The notes below the pieces were generated by a model that worked only from the letters and a program-made list of their open reading frames with translations, was not told the origin of the DNA and did no database searches. A DNA stretch of 64,000 nucleotides from Eledone cirrhosa (taxonomy: Eukaryota): contig OZ024742.1 in NCBI GenBank assembly GCA_964016885.1, positions 164,238,001-164,302,000 of the forward strand, given 5' to 3'. The position numbers were made by a program, and so were the translations under genes. Shown here piece after piece: positions 1 through 13,140 of this stretch (within the stretch, counting starts at the first letter, position 1; every line of letters starts with the position of its first letter).

Positions 1-72
1 TCCCCTTGGACGGCTGGAAATTATCTCCCCTTGATTTTTTTTACAAATTATCTCCCCCTGATTTTTTTTTAC

Positions 73-100
73 AAATTATCTCCCCCTGATTTTTTTTTAC
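73..100 (+). repeat. Representative type B monomer (28 bp) AAATTATCTCCCCCTGATTTTTTTTTAC
   Basis: Occurs in tandem runs of about 1-13 monomers. Length varies mainly through the T-tract (mostly T7-T10). Confidence 0.98.
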
Positions 101-305
101 AAATTATCTCCCCCTGATTTTTTTTTACAAATTATCTCCCCCTGATATTTTTTACAAATTATCTCCCCCTGATTTTTTTACAAATTATCTCCCCTTGGCT
201 GGCTGGAAATTATCTCCCCTTGGAGGCTGGAATTTATCTCCCCTTAGACGGCTAGAAATTACCTCGCCTTGGACGGCTGGAAAATATGTCTCCTTGGACG
301 GCTGG

Positions 306-330
306 AAATTATCTCCCCTTGGACGGCTGG
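306..330 (+). repeat. Representative type A monomer (25 bp) AAATTATCTCCCCTTGGACGGCTGG
   Basis: Exact copies follow at 331-355 and throughout the window, in blocks of about 1-13 monomers. Confidence 0.98.
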
Positions 331-2923
331 AAATTATCTCCCCTTGGACGGCTGGAAATTATCTCCCCTTGGACGGCTAGATATTACCTCCCCTTGGACG
401 GCTGGAAATTATCTCCCCTTGATTTTTTTTACAAATTATCTCCCCCTGATTTTTTTTTACAAATTATCTCCCCCAGATTTTTTTTTACGAATTATCTCCC
501 CCCGATTTTTTTTTACAAATTATCTCCGCCTGATTTTTTTAAAAAAATTATCTCCCCTTGAACGGCTGGAAATTATCTCCCCTTGGACGGCTGGAAATTA
601 TCTCCCCTTGGACGGCTAGAAATTACCTCTCCTTGGACGGCTGAAAATTATCTCCCCTTGGACGGCTGCAAATTATCTCCCCTTGATTTTTTAACAAATT
701 ATCTCCCCCTGATTTTTTTTTACAAATTATCTCCCCCTGATTTTTTTTTACAAATTATCTCCCCCTGATTTTTTTACAAATTATCTCCCCCTGATTTTTT
801 TTACAATCTCCGCCTGATTTTTTTAAAAATTATCTTCCCTTGGCTGGCGGGAAATTATCTCCCCTTGGACGGCTGGAAATTATATCCCCTTGGAAGGATG
901 GAAATTATCTCCCCTTGGACGGCTGGAAATTATCTCCCCTTTGACGGCTGGAAATTATCTCCCCTTGGACAGCTGGAAATTATCTGCCCTTGATTTTGTT
1001 TTTACAAATTATCTCCCCCTGATTTTTTTTACAAATTATCTCCACCTGATTTTTTAAAAAATTATCTCCCCTTGGACGGCTGGAAATTATCTCCCCTTGA
1101 TTTTTTTAGAAATTATCTCCCCCTGATTTTTTTTACAAATTATCTCCCCCTGATTTTTTGTTACAAATTATCTCCCCCTGATTTTTTTAAAAATTATCTC
1201 CCCCTGATTTTTTTTACAAATTATCTCCGCCTGATTTTTTTAAATATTATCTTCCCTTGGCTGGCGGGAAATTATCTCCCCTTGGACGGCTGAAAATTAT
1301 CTCCCCTTGGACGGCTGGAAATTATCTCCCCTTGATTTTTTTACAAATTATCTCCCCCTGATTTTTTTTTACAAATTATCTCCCCCTGATTTTTTTTACA
1401 AATTATCTCCCCCTGATTTTTTTTTACAAATTATCTCCCCCTGATTTTTTTTTACAAATTATCTCCCCCTGATTTTTTTACAAATTATCTCCCCTTGGCT
1501 AGCTGGAAATTATCTCCCCTTGGAGGCTGGAATTTATCTCCCCTTGGACGGCTAGAAATTACCTCTCCTTGGACGGCTGGAAAATATGTCTCCTTGGACG
1601 GCTGGATATTATCTACCCTTGGACGGCTGGAAATTATCTCCCCTTGGACGGCTGGAAATTATCTCCCCTTGGACGGCTAGATATTACCTCCCCTTGGACG
1701 GCTGGAAATTATCTCCCCTTGATTTTTTTTACAAATTATCTCCCCCTGATTTTTTTTTACGAATTATCTCCCCCTGATTTTTTTTTACAAATTATCTCCG
1801 CCTGATTTTTTTTTTAAATTATCTCCCCTTGAACGGCTGGAAATTATCTCCCCTTGGACGGCTGGAAATTATCTCCCCTTGGACGGCTAGAAATTACCTC
1901 TCCTTGGACGGCTGAAAATTATCTCCCCTTGGACGGCTGCAAATTATCTCCCCTTGATTTTTTTAACAAATTATCTTCCCCTGATTTTTTTTTACAAATT
2001 ATCTCCCCCTGATTTTTTTTTACAAATTATCTACGCCTAATTTTTTTTACAAATTATCTCCCCCTGATTTTTTTTTACAAATTATCTCCCCCTGATTTTT
2101 TTTACAAATTATCTCCCCCTGATTTTTTTTTACAAATTATCTCCCCCTGATTTTTTTACAAATTATCTCCCCCCTGAATTTTTTTACAATCTCCGCCTGA
2201 TTTTTTTAAAAATTATCTTCCCTTGGCTGGCAGGAAATTATCTCCCCTTGGTCGGCTGGAAATTATATCCCCTTGGAAGGATGGAAATTATCTCCCCTTG
2301 GACGGCTGGAAATTATCTCCCCTTGGACGGCTGGAAATTACCTCCCCTTGGACAGCTGGAAATTATCTGCCCTTGATTTTGTTTTTACAAATTATCTCCC
2401 CCTGATTTTTTTTACAAATTATCTCCACCTGATTTTTTAAAAAATTATCTCTCCTTGATTTTTTTACAAATTATCTCCCCCTGATTTTTTTTTTACAAAT
2501 TATCTCCCCCTGATTTTTTTACAAATTATCTCCCCCTGATTTTTTTTACAAATTATCTCCGCCTGATTTTTTTTACAAATTATCTCCCCTTGGCTGGCTG
2601 GAAATTATCTCCCCTTGGAGGCTGGAATTTATCTCCCCTTGGACGGCTAGAAATTACCTCTCCTTGGACGGCTGGAAAATATGTCCTTGGACGGCTGGAT
2701 ATTATCTACCCTTGGACGGCTGGAAATTATCTCCCCTTGGACGGCTGGAAATTATCTCCCCTTGGAGGCTGGAATTTATCTCCCCTTGGACGGCTAGAAA
2801 TTACCTCTCCTTGGACGGCTGGAAAATATGTCCTTGGACGGCTGGATATTACCTCCCCTTGGACGGCTGGAAATTATCTCCCCTTGATTTTTTTTACAAA
2901 TTATCTCCCCCTGATTTTTTTTA

Positions 2924-3340
2924 CAAATCTAATGATTTTAAAAAAAAAATTATCTCCCCTTCGCTGGCTGGAAATTATCTCCCCTTCGCTGGCTGGAAAT
3001 TATCTCCCCTTGGACGCTGGAAATTATAGCCCCTTGGAGGGCTGGAAATTATCTTCCCTTGGACGGCTGGAAATTATCTCCCCTTGGCTCGAAATTATCT
3101 CCCCTTGGACGGCTAGAAATTATCTCTCTTTGGACGGCTGGAAATTATCTCCCTTTGATTTTTTTTACAAATTATCTCCCCCTGATTTTTTTTACAAATC
3201 TCCCCCTGATTTTTTAAAAAAAATTATCTCCCCTTCGCTGGCTGGAAATTATCTCCCCTTGGACACTGGAAATTATAGCCCCTTGGAGGGCTGGAAATTA
3301 TCTTCCCTTGGACGGCTGGAAATTATCTCTGCTTGATTTT
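2924..3340 (+). repeat. Divergent ~400-bp satellite module, copy 1
   Basis: Begins CAAATCTAATGATTTT-An. Contains TTCGCTGGCTGG, GGACGCTGG, TTATAGCCCC, GGAGGGCTGG, GGCTCGAAA and TCTCTGCTTGA variants. Confidence 0.88.
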
Positions 3341-3779
3341 TTTTACAAATTATCTCCCCCTGATTTTTTTTTACAAATTATCCCCCCCGATTTTTTTTAC
3401 AAATTATCTCCCCCTGATTTTTTTTACAAATTATCTCCCCTTGGACGGCTGGAAATTATCTCCCCTTGGACGGCTGGAAATTATCTCCCCTTGGACGGCT
3501 AGAAATTACCTCTCCTTGGACGACTGAAAATTATCTCCCCTTGGACGGCTGCAAATTATCTCCCCTTGATTTTTTTTACAAATTATCTCCGCCTGATTTT
3601 TTTTTAAAAATTATCTCCCCTTGGACGGCTGGAAATTACCTCCCCTTGGACGGCTGGAAATTATCTCCCCTTGGACGGCTAGAAATTACCTCTCATTGGA
3701 CGGCTGAAAATTATCTCCCCTTGGACGGCTGGAAATTATCTCCCCTTGATTTTTTTTACAAATTATCTCCCCCTGATTT

Positions 3780-6700
3780 TTTTTTACAAATTATCTCCCC
3801 CTGATTTTTTTTTTACAAATTATCTCCGCCTGATTTTTTTTTAAAATTATCTCTCCTTGGACGGCTGGATATTATCTCCCCTTTCATTTTTTTTACAAAT
3901 TATCTCCCCCTGATTTTTTTTTACAAATTATCTCCCCCTGATTTTTTTTTTACAAATTATCTACCCCTAATTTTTTTTTACAAATTATCTCCCCCTGATT
4001 TTTTTTACAAATTATCTCCCCCTGATTTTTTTTTTACAAATTATCTCCCCCTGATTTTTTTACAAATTATCTCCCCCTGATTTTTTTTACAAATTATCTC
4101 CGCCTGATTTTTTTAAATATTATCTTCTCTTGGCTGGCGGGAAATTATCTCCCCTTGGACGGCTGAAAATTATCTCCCCTTGGACGGCTGGAAATTATCT
4201 CCCCTTGATTTTTTTTACAAATTATCTCCCCCTGATTTTTTTTTACAAATTATCTCCCCCTGATTTTTTTTACAAATTATCTCCCCCTGATTTTTTTTTA
4301 CAAATTATCTCCCCCTGATTTTTTTTACAAATTATCTCCCCCTGATTTTTTTACAAATTATCTCCCCTTGGCTGGCTGGAAATTATCTCCCCTTGGAGGC
4401 TGGAATTTATCTCCCCTTGGACGGCTAGAAATTACCTCTCCTTGGACGGCTGGAAAATATGTCCTTGGACGGCTGGATATTATCTACCCTTGGACGGCTG
4501 GAAATTATCTCCCCTTGGACGGCTGGAAATTATCTCCCCTTGGACGGCTAGATATTACCTCCCCTTGGACGGCTGGAAATTATCTCCCCTTGATTTTTTT
4601 TACAAATTATCCCCCCCTGATTTTTTTTTACAAATTATCTCCCCCTGATTTTTTTTTACAAATTATCTACCCCTGATTTTTTTTTACAAATTATCTCCCC
4701 CTAATTTTTTTTACAAATTATCTCTCCCTGATTTTTTTTTACAAATTATCTCCCCCTGATTTTTTTTTACAAATTATCTACCCCTGATTTTTTTTTACAA
4801 ATTATCTCCCCCTGATTTTTTTTACAAATTATCTCCCCCTGATTTTTTTACAAATTATCTCCCCCCGATTTTTTTTACAAATTATCTCCGCCTAATTTTT
4901 TTAAATATTATCTTCCCTTGGCTGGCGGGAAATTATCTCCCCTTGGACGGCTGAAAATTATCTCCCCTTGGACGGCTGGAAATTATCTCCCCTTGATTTT
5001 TTTACAAATTATCTCCCCCTGATTATTTTTTACAAATTATCTCCCCCTGATTTTTTTTTACAAATTATCTCCCTCTGATTTTTTTTACAAATTATCTCCC
5101 CTTGGCTGGCTGGAAATTATCTCCCCTTGGAGGCTGGAATTTATCTCCACTTGGACGGTTAGAAATTACCTCTCCTTGGACTGCTGGAAAATATGTCTCC
5201 TTGGACGGCTGGAAATTATCTCCCCTTGGACGGCTGGAAATTATCTCCCCTTGGACGGCTGGAAATTATCTCTCCTCGGACGACTAGAAATTACCTCTCC
5301 TTGGACAGCTGAAAATTATCTCCCCTTGGACGGCTGGAAATTATCTCCCCTTGATTTTTTTTACAAATTATCTCCCCCCGATTTTTTTTTACAAATTATC
5401 TCCCCCTGATTTTTTTTTACAAATTATCTCCCCCTGATTTTTTTTACAAATTATCTCCCCCTGATATTTTTTACAAATTATCTCCCCCTGATTTTTTTAC
5501 AAATTATCTCCCCTTGGCTGGCTGGAAATTATCTCCCCTTGGAGGCTGGAATTTATCTCCCCTTGGACGGCTAGAAATTACCTCGCCTTGGACGGCTGGA
5601 AAATATGTCTCCTTGGACGGCTGGAAATTATCTCCCCTTGGACGGCTGGAAATTATCTCCCCTTGGACGGCTGGAAATTATCTCCCTTTGGACGGCTAGA
5701 TATTACCTCCCCTTGGACGGCTGGAAATTATCTCCCCTTGATTTTTTTTACAAATTATCTCCCCCTGATTTTTTTTTACAAATTATCTCCCCCTGATTTT
5801 TTTTTACGAATTATCTCCCCCTGATTTTTTTTTACAAATTATCTCCGCCTGATTTTTTTTTTTAAATTATCTCCCCTTGAACGGCTGGAAATTATCTCCC
5901 CTTGGACGGCTGGAAATTATCTCCCCTTGGACGGCTAGAAATTACCTCTCCTTGGACGGCTGAAAATTATCTCCCCTTGGACGGCTGCAAATTATCTCCC
6001 CTTGATTTTTTAACAAATTATCTCCCCCTGATTTTTTTTTACAAATTATCTCCCCCTGATTTTTTTTTACCAATAATCTACGCCTAATTTTTTTTACAAA
6101 TTATCTCCCCCTGATTTTTTTTTACAAATTATCTCCCCCTGATTTTTTTTACAAATTATCTCCCCCTGATTTTTTTTTACAAATTATTTCCCCCTGATTT
6201 TTTTACAAATTATCTCCCCCCTGATTTTTTTTACAATCTCCGCCTGATTTTTTTAAAAATTATCTTGCCTTGGCTGGCGGGAAATTATCTCCCCTTGGAC
6301 GGCTGGAAATTATATCCCCTTGGACGGCTGGAAATTACCTCCCCTTGGACAGCTGGAAATTATCTGCCCTTGATTTTGTTTTTACAAATTATCTCCCCCT
6401 GATTTTTTTTACAAATTATCTCCACCTGATTTTTTAAAAAATTATCTCCCCTTGGACGGCTGGAAATTATCTCCCCTTGATTTTTTTTACAAATTATCTC
6501 CCCCTGATTTTTTTTTACAAATTATCTCCCCCTGATTTTTTTTTACAAATTATCTCCCCCTGATTTTTTTTTACAAATTATCTGCCCCTGATTTTTTTTA
6601 CAAATTATCTCCCCCTGATTTTTTTACAAATTATCTCCCCTTGGCTGGCTGGAAATTATCTCCCCTTGGAGGCTGGAATTTATCTCCCCTTGGACGGCTA

Positions 6701-9700
6701 GAAATTACCTCTCCTTGGACGGCTGGAAAATATTTCTCCTTGGACGGCTGGATATTATCTACCCTTGGACGGGTGGAAATTATCTCCCCTTGGACGGCTG
6801 GAAATTATCTCCCCTTGGACGGCTAGATATTACCTCCCCTTGGACGACTGGAAATTATCTCCCCTTGATTTTTTTTACAAATTATCTCCCCCTGAATTTT
6901 TTTTACAAATTATCTCCCCCTGATTTTTTTTTTACAAATTATCTCCGCCTGATTTTTTTTTTAAATTATCTCTCCTTGGACGGCTGGATATTATCTCCCC
7001 TTTCATTTTTTTTACAAATTATCTCCCCCTGATTTTTTTTTACAAATTATCTCCCCCTGATTTTTTTTTTACAAATTATCTACCCCTAATTTTTTTTTAC
7101 AAATTATCTCCCCCTGATTTTTTTTACAAATTATCTCCCCCTGATTTTTTTTTTACAAATTATCTCCCCCTGATTTTTTTACAAATTATCTCCCCCTGAT
7201 TTTTTTTACAAATTATCTCCGCCTGATTTTTTTAAATATTATCTTCTCTTGGCTGGCGGGAAATTATCTCCCCTTGGACGGCTGAAAATTATCTCCCCTT
7301 GGACGGCTGGAAATTATCTCCCCTTGATTTTTTTTACAAATTATCTCCCCCTGATTTTTTTTTACAAATTATCTCCCCCTGATTTTTTTTACAAATTATC
7401 TCCCCCTGATTTTTTTTTACAAATTATCTCCCCCTGATTTTTTTTACAAATTATCTCCCCCTGATTTTTTTACAAATTATCTCCCCTTGGCTGGCTGGAA
7501 ATTATCTCCCCTTGGAGGCTGGAATTTATCTCCCCTTGGACGGCTAGAAATTACCTCTCCTTGGACGGCTGGAAAATATGTCCTTGGACGGCTGGATATT
7601 ATCTACCCTTGGACGGCTGGAAATTATCTCCCCTTGGACGGCTGGAAATTATCTCCCCTTGGACGGCTAGATATTACCTCCCCTTGGACGGCTGGAAATT
7701 ATCTCCCCTTGATTTTTTTTACAAATTATCCCCCCCTGATTTTTTTTTACAAATTATCTCCCCCTGATTTTTTTTTACAAATTATCTACCCCTGATTTTT
7801 TTTTACAAATTATCTCCCCCTAATTTTTTTTACAAATTATCTCTCCCTGATTTTTTTTTACAAATTATCTCCCCCTGATTTTTTTTTACAAATTATCTAC
7901 CCCTGATTTTTTTTTACAAATTATCTCCCCCTGATTTTTTTTACAAATTATCTCCCCCTGATTTTTTTACAAATTATCTCCCCCCGATTTTTTTTACAAA
8001 TTATCTCCGCCTAATTTTTTTAAATATTATCTTCCCTTGGCTGGCGGGAAATTATCTCCCCTTGGACGGCTGAATATTATCTCCCCTTGGACGGCTGGAA
8101 ATTATCTCCCCTTGATTTTTTTACAAATTATCTCCCCCTGATTATTTTTTACAAATTATCTCCCCCTGATTTTTTTTTACAAATTATCTCCCTCTGATTT
8201 TTTTTACAAATTATCTCCCCTTGGCTGGCTGGAAATTATCTCCCCTTGGAGGCTGGAATTTATCTCCACTTGGACGGTTAGAAATTACCTCTCCTTGGAC
8301 TGCTGGAAAATATGTCTCCTTGGACGGCTGGAAATTATCTCCCCTTGGACGGCTGGAAATTATCTCCCCTTGGACGGCTGGAAATTATCTCTCCTCGGAC
8401 GACTAGAAATTACCTCTCCTTGGACAGCTGAAAATTATCTCCCCTTGGACGGCTGGAAATTATCTCCCCTTGATTTTTTTTACAAATTATCTCCCCCCGA
8501 TTTTTTTTTACAAATTATCTCCCCCTGATTTTTTTTTACAAATTATCTCCCCCTGATTTTTTTTACAAATTATCTCCCCCTGATATTTTTTACAAATTAT
8601 CTCCCCCTGATTTTTTTACAAATTATCTCCCCTTGGCTGGCTGGAAATTATCTCCCCTTGGAGGCTGGAATTTATCTCCCCTTGGACGGCTAGAAATTAC
8701 CTCGCCTTGGACGGCTGGAAAATATGTCTCCTTGGACGGCTGGAAATTATCTCCCCTTGGACGGCTGGAAATTATCTCCCCTTGGACGGCTGGAAATTAT
8801 CTCCCTTTGGACGGCTAGATATTACCTCCCCTTGGACGGCTGGAAATTATCTCCCCTTGATTTTTTTTACAAATTATCTCCCCCTGATTTTTTTTTACAA
8901 ATTATCTCCCCCTGATTTTTTTTTACGAATTATCTCCCCCTGATTTTTTTTTACAAATTATCTCCGCCTGATTTTTTTTTTTAAATTATCTCCCCTTGAA
9001 CGGCTGGAAATTATCTCCCCTTGGACGGCTGGAAATTATCTCCCCTTGGACGGCTAGAAATTACCTCTCCTTGGACGGCTGAAAATTATCTCCCCTTGGA
9101 CGGCTGCAAATTATCTCCCCTTGATTTTTTAACAAATTATCTCCCCCTGATTTTTTTTTACAAATTATCTCCCCCTGATTTTTTTTTACAAATTATCTAC
9201 GCCTAATTTTTTTTACAAATTATCTCCCCCTGATTTTTTTTTACAAATTATCTCCCCCTGATTTTTTTTACAAATTATCTCCCCCTGATTTTTTTTTACA
9301 AATTATTTCCCCCTGATTTTTTTACAAATTATCTCCCCCCTGATTTTTTTTACAATCTCCGCCTGATTTTTTTAAAAATTATCTTGCCTTGGCTGGCGGG
9401 AAATTATCTCCCCTTGGACGGCTGGAAATTATATCCCCTTGGACGGCTGGAAATTACCTCCCCTTGGACAGCTGGAAATTATCTGCCCTTGATTTTGTTT
9501 TTACAAATTATCTCCCCCTGATTTTTTTTACAAATTATCTCCACCTGATTTTTTAAAAAATTATCTCCCCTTGGACGGCTGGAAATTATCTCCCCTTGAT
9601 TTTTTTTACAAATTATCTCCCCCTGATTTTTTTTTACAAATTATCTCCCCCTGATTTTTTTTTACAAATTATCTCCCCCTGATTTTTTTTTACAAATTAT

Positions 9701-12700
9701 CTGCCCCTGATTTTTTTTACAAATTATCTCCCCCTGATTTTTTTACAAATTATCTCCCCTTGGCTGGCTGGAAATTATCTCCCCTTGGAGGCTGGAATTT
9801 ATCTCCCCTTGGACGGCTAGAAATTACCTCTCCTTGGACGGCTGGAAAATATTTCTCCTTGGACGGCTGGATATTATCTACCCTTGGACGGGTGGAAATT
9901 ATCTCCCCTTGGACGGCTGGAAATTATCTCCCCTTGGACGGCTAGATATTACCTCCCCTTGGACGACTGGAAATTATCTCCCCTTGATTTTTTTTACAAA
10001 TTATCTCCCCCTGAATTTTTTTTACAAATTATCTCCCCCTGATTTTTTTTTTACAAATTATCTCCGCCTGATTTTTTTTTTAAATTATCTCTCCTTGGAC
10101 GGCTGGATATTATCTCCCCTTTCATTTTTTTTACAAATTATCTCCCCCTGATTTTTTTTTACAAATTATCTCCCCCTGATTTTTTTTTTACAAATTATCT
10201 ACCCCTAATTTTTTTTTACAAATTATCTCCCCCTGATTTTTTTTACAAATTATCTCCCCCTGATTTTTTTTTTACAAATTATCTCCCCCTGATTTTTTTA
10301 CAAATTATCTCCCCCTGATTTTTTTTACAAATTATCTCCGCCTGATTTTTTTAAATATTATCTTCTCTTGGCTGGCGGGAAATTATCTCCCCTTGGACGG
10401 CTGAAAATTATCTCCCCTTGGACGGCTGGAAATTATCTCCCCTTGATTTTTTTTACAAATTATCTCCCCCTGATTTTTTTTTACAAATTATCTCCCCCTG
10501 ATTTTTTTTACAAATTATCTCCCCCTGATTTTTTTTTACAAATTATCTCCCCCTGATTTTTTTTACAAATTATCTCCCCCTGATTTTTTTACAAATTATC
10601 TCCCCTTGGCTGGCTGGAAATTATCTCCCCTTGGAGGCTGGAATTTATCTCCCCTTGGACGGCTAGAAATTACCTCTCCTTGGACGGCTGGAAAATATGT
10701 CCTTGGACGGCTGGATATTATCTACCCTTGGACGGCTGGAAATTATCTCCCCTTGGACGGCTGGAAATTATCTCCCCTTGGACGGCTAGATATTACCTCC
10801 CCTTGGACGGCTGGAAATTATCTCCCCTTGATTTTTTTTACAAATTATCCCCCCCTGATTTTTTTTTACAAATTATCTCCCCCTGATTTTTTTTTACAAA
10901 TTATCTACCCCTGATTTTTTTTTACAAATTATCTCCCCCTAATTTTTTTTACAAATTATCTCTCCCTGATTTTTTTTTACAAATTATCTCCCCCTGATTT
11001 TTTTTTACAAATTATCTACCCCTGATTTTTTTTTACAAATTATCTCCCCCTGATTTTTTTTACAAATTATCTCCCCCTGATTTTTTTACAAATTATCTCC
11101 CCCCGATTTTTTTTACAAATTATCTCCGCCTAATTTTTTTAAATATTATCTTCCCTTGGCTGGCGGGAAATTATCTCCCCTTGGACGGCTGAAAATTATC
11201 TCCCCTTGGACGGCTGGAAATTATCTCCCCTTGATTTTTTTACAAATTATCTCCCCCTGATTATTTTTTACAAATTATCTCCCCCTGATTTTTTTTTACA
11301 AATTATCTCCCTCTGATTTTTTTTACAAATTATCTCCCCTTGGCTGGCTGGAAATTATCTCCCCTTGGAGGCTGGAATTTATCTCCACTTGGACGGTTAG
11401 AAATTACCTCTCCTTGGACTGCTGGAAAATATGTCTCCTTGGACGGCTGGAAATTATCTCCCCTTGGACGGCTGGAAATTATCTCTCCTTGGACGGCTGG
11501 AAATTATCTCTCCTCGGACGACTAGAAATTACCTCTCCTTGGACAGCTGAAAATTATCTCCCCTTGGACGGCTGGAAATTATCTCCCCTTGATTTTTTTT
11601 ACAAATTATCTCCCCCCGATTTTTTTTTACAAATTATCTCCCCCTGATTTTTTTTTACAAATTATCTCCCCCTGATTTTTTTTACAAATTATCTCCCCCT
11701 GATATTTTTTACAAATTATCTCCCCCTGATTTTTTTACAAATTATCTCCCCTTGGCTGGCTGGAAATTATCTCCCCTTGGAGGCTGGAATTTATCTCCCC
11801 TTGGACGGCTAGAAATTACCTCGCCTTGGACGGCTGGAAAATATGTCTCCTTGGACGGCTGGAAATTATCTCCCCTTGGACGGCTGGAAATTATCTCCCC
11901 TTGGACGGCTGGAAATTATCTCCCTTTGGACGGCTAGATATTACCTCCCCTTGGACGGCTGGAAATTATCTCCCCTTGATTTTTTTTACAAATTATCTCC
12001 CCCTGATTTTTTTTTACAAATTATCTCCCCCTGATTTTTTTTTACGAATTATCTCCCCCTGATTTTTTTTTACAAATTATCTCCGCCTGATTTTTTTTTT
12101 TAAATTATCTCCCCTTGAACGGCTGGAAATTATCTCCCCTTGGACGGCTGGAAATTATCTCCCCTTGGACGGCTAGAAATTACCTCTCCTTGGACGGCTG
12201 AAAATTATCTCCCCTTGGACGGCTGCAAATTATCTCCCCTTGATTTTTTAACAAATTATCTCCCCCTGATTTTTTTTTACAAATTATCTCCCCCTGATTT
12301 TTTTTTACAAATTATCTACGCCTAATTTTTTTTACAAATTATCTCCCCCTGATTTTTTTTTACAAATTATCTCCCCCTGATTTTTTTTACAAATTATCTC
12401 CCCCTGATTTTTTTTTACAAATTATTTCCCCCTGATTTTTTTACAAATTATCTCCCCCCTGATTTTTTTTACAATCTCCGCCTGATTTTTTTAAAAATTA
12501 TCTTGCCTTGGCTGGCGGGAAATTATCTCCCCTTGGACGGCTGGAAATTATATCCCCTTGGACGGCTGGAAATTACCTCCCCTTGGACAGCTGGAAATTA
12601 TCTGCCCTTGATTTTGTTTTTACAAATTATCTCCCCCTGATTTTTTTTACAAATTATCTCCACCTGATTTTTTAAAAAATTATCTCCCCTTGGACGGCTG

Positions 12701-13140
12701 GAAATTATCTCCCCTTGATTTTTTTTACAAATTATCTCCCCCTGATTTTTTTTTACAAATTATCTCCCCCTGATTTTTTTTTACAAATTATCTCCCCCTG
12801 ATTTTTTTTTACAAATTATCTGCCCCTGATTTTTTTTACAAATTATCTCCCCCTGATTTTTTTACAAATTATCTCCCCTTGGCTGGCTGGAAATTATCTC
12901 CCCTTGGAGGCTGGAATTTATCTCCCCTTGGACGGCTAGAAATTACCTCTCCTTGGACGGCTGGAAAATATTTCTCCTTGGACGGCTGGATATTATCTAC
13001 CCTTGGACGGGTGGAAATTATCTCCCCTTGGACGGCTGGAAATTATCTCCCCTTGGACGGCTAGATATTACCTCCCCTTGGACGACTGGAAATTATCTCC
13101 CCTTGATTTTTTTTACAAATTATCTCCCCCTGAATTTTTT
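3780..13140 (+). repeat. Higher-order repeat, 3 tandem copies of 3,119 bp
   Basis: Landmarks recur at a constant +3,119: 4130/7249/10368, 4368/7487/10606, 5102/8221/11340, 5514/8633/11752, 5902/9021/12140 and 6641/9760/12879. The marker CCCCTTTCATTT occurs at ~3878, ~6997 and ~10116. Confidence 0.95.

Noticed and set aside
55-185. Rho-independent terminators or Pol III terminators / poly(A) tails at T-tracts
   Set aside because: No GC-rich hairpin precedes the T-runs, and there is no upstream gene, Pol III box or target-site duplication. The tracts are integral to monomer B.
845-865. NF-kB/Rel-like site GGGAAATTATCTCCCC
   Set aside because: Half-site spacing does not fit the 10-11 bp GGGRNWYYCC consensus, and there is no gene context.
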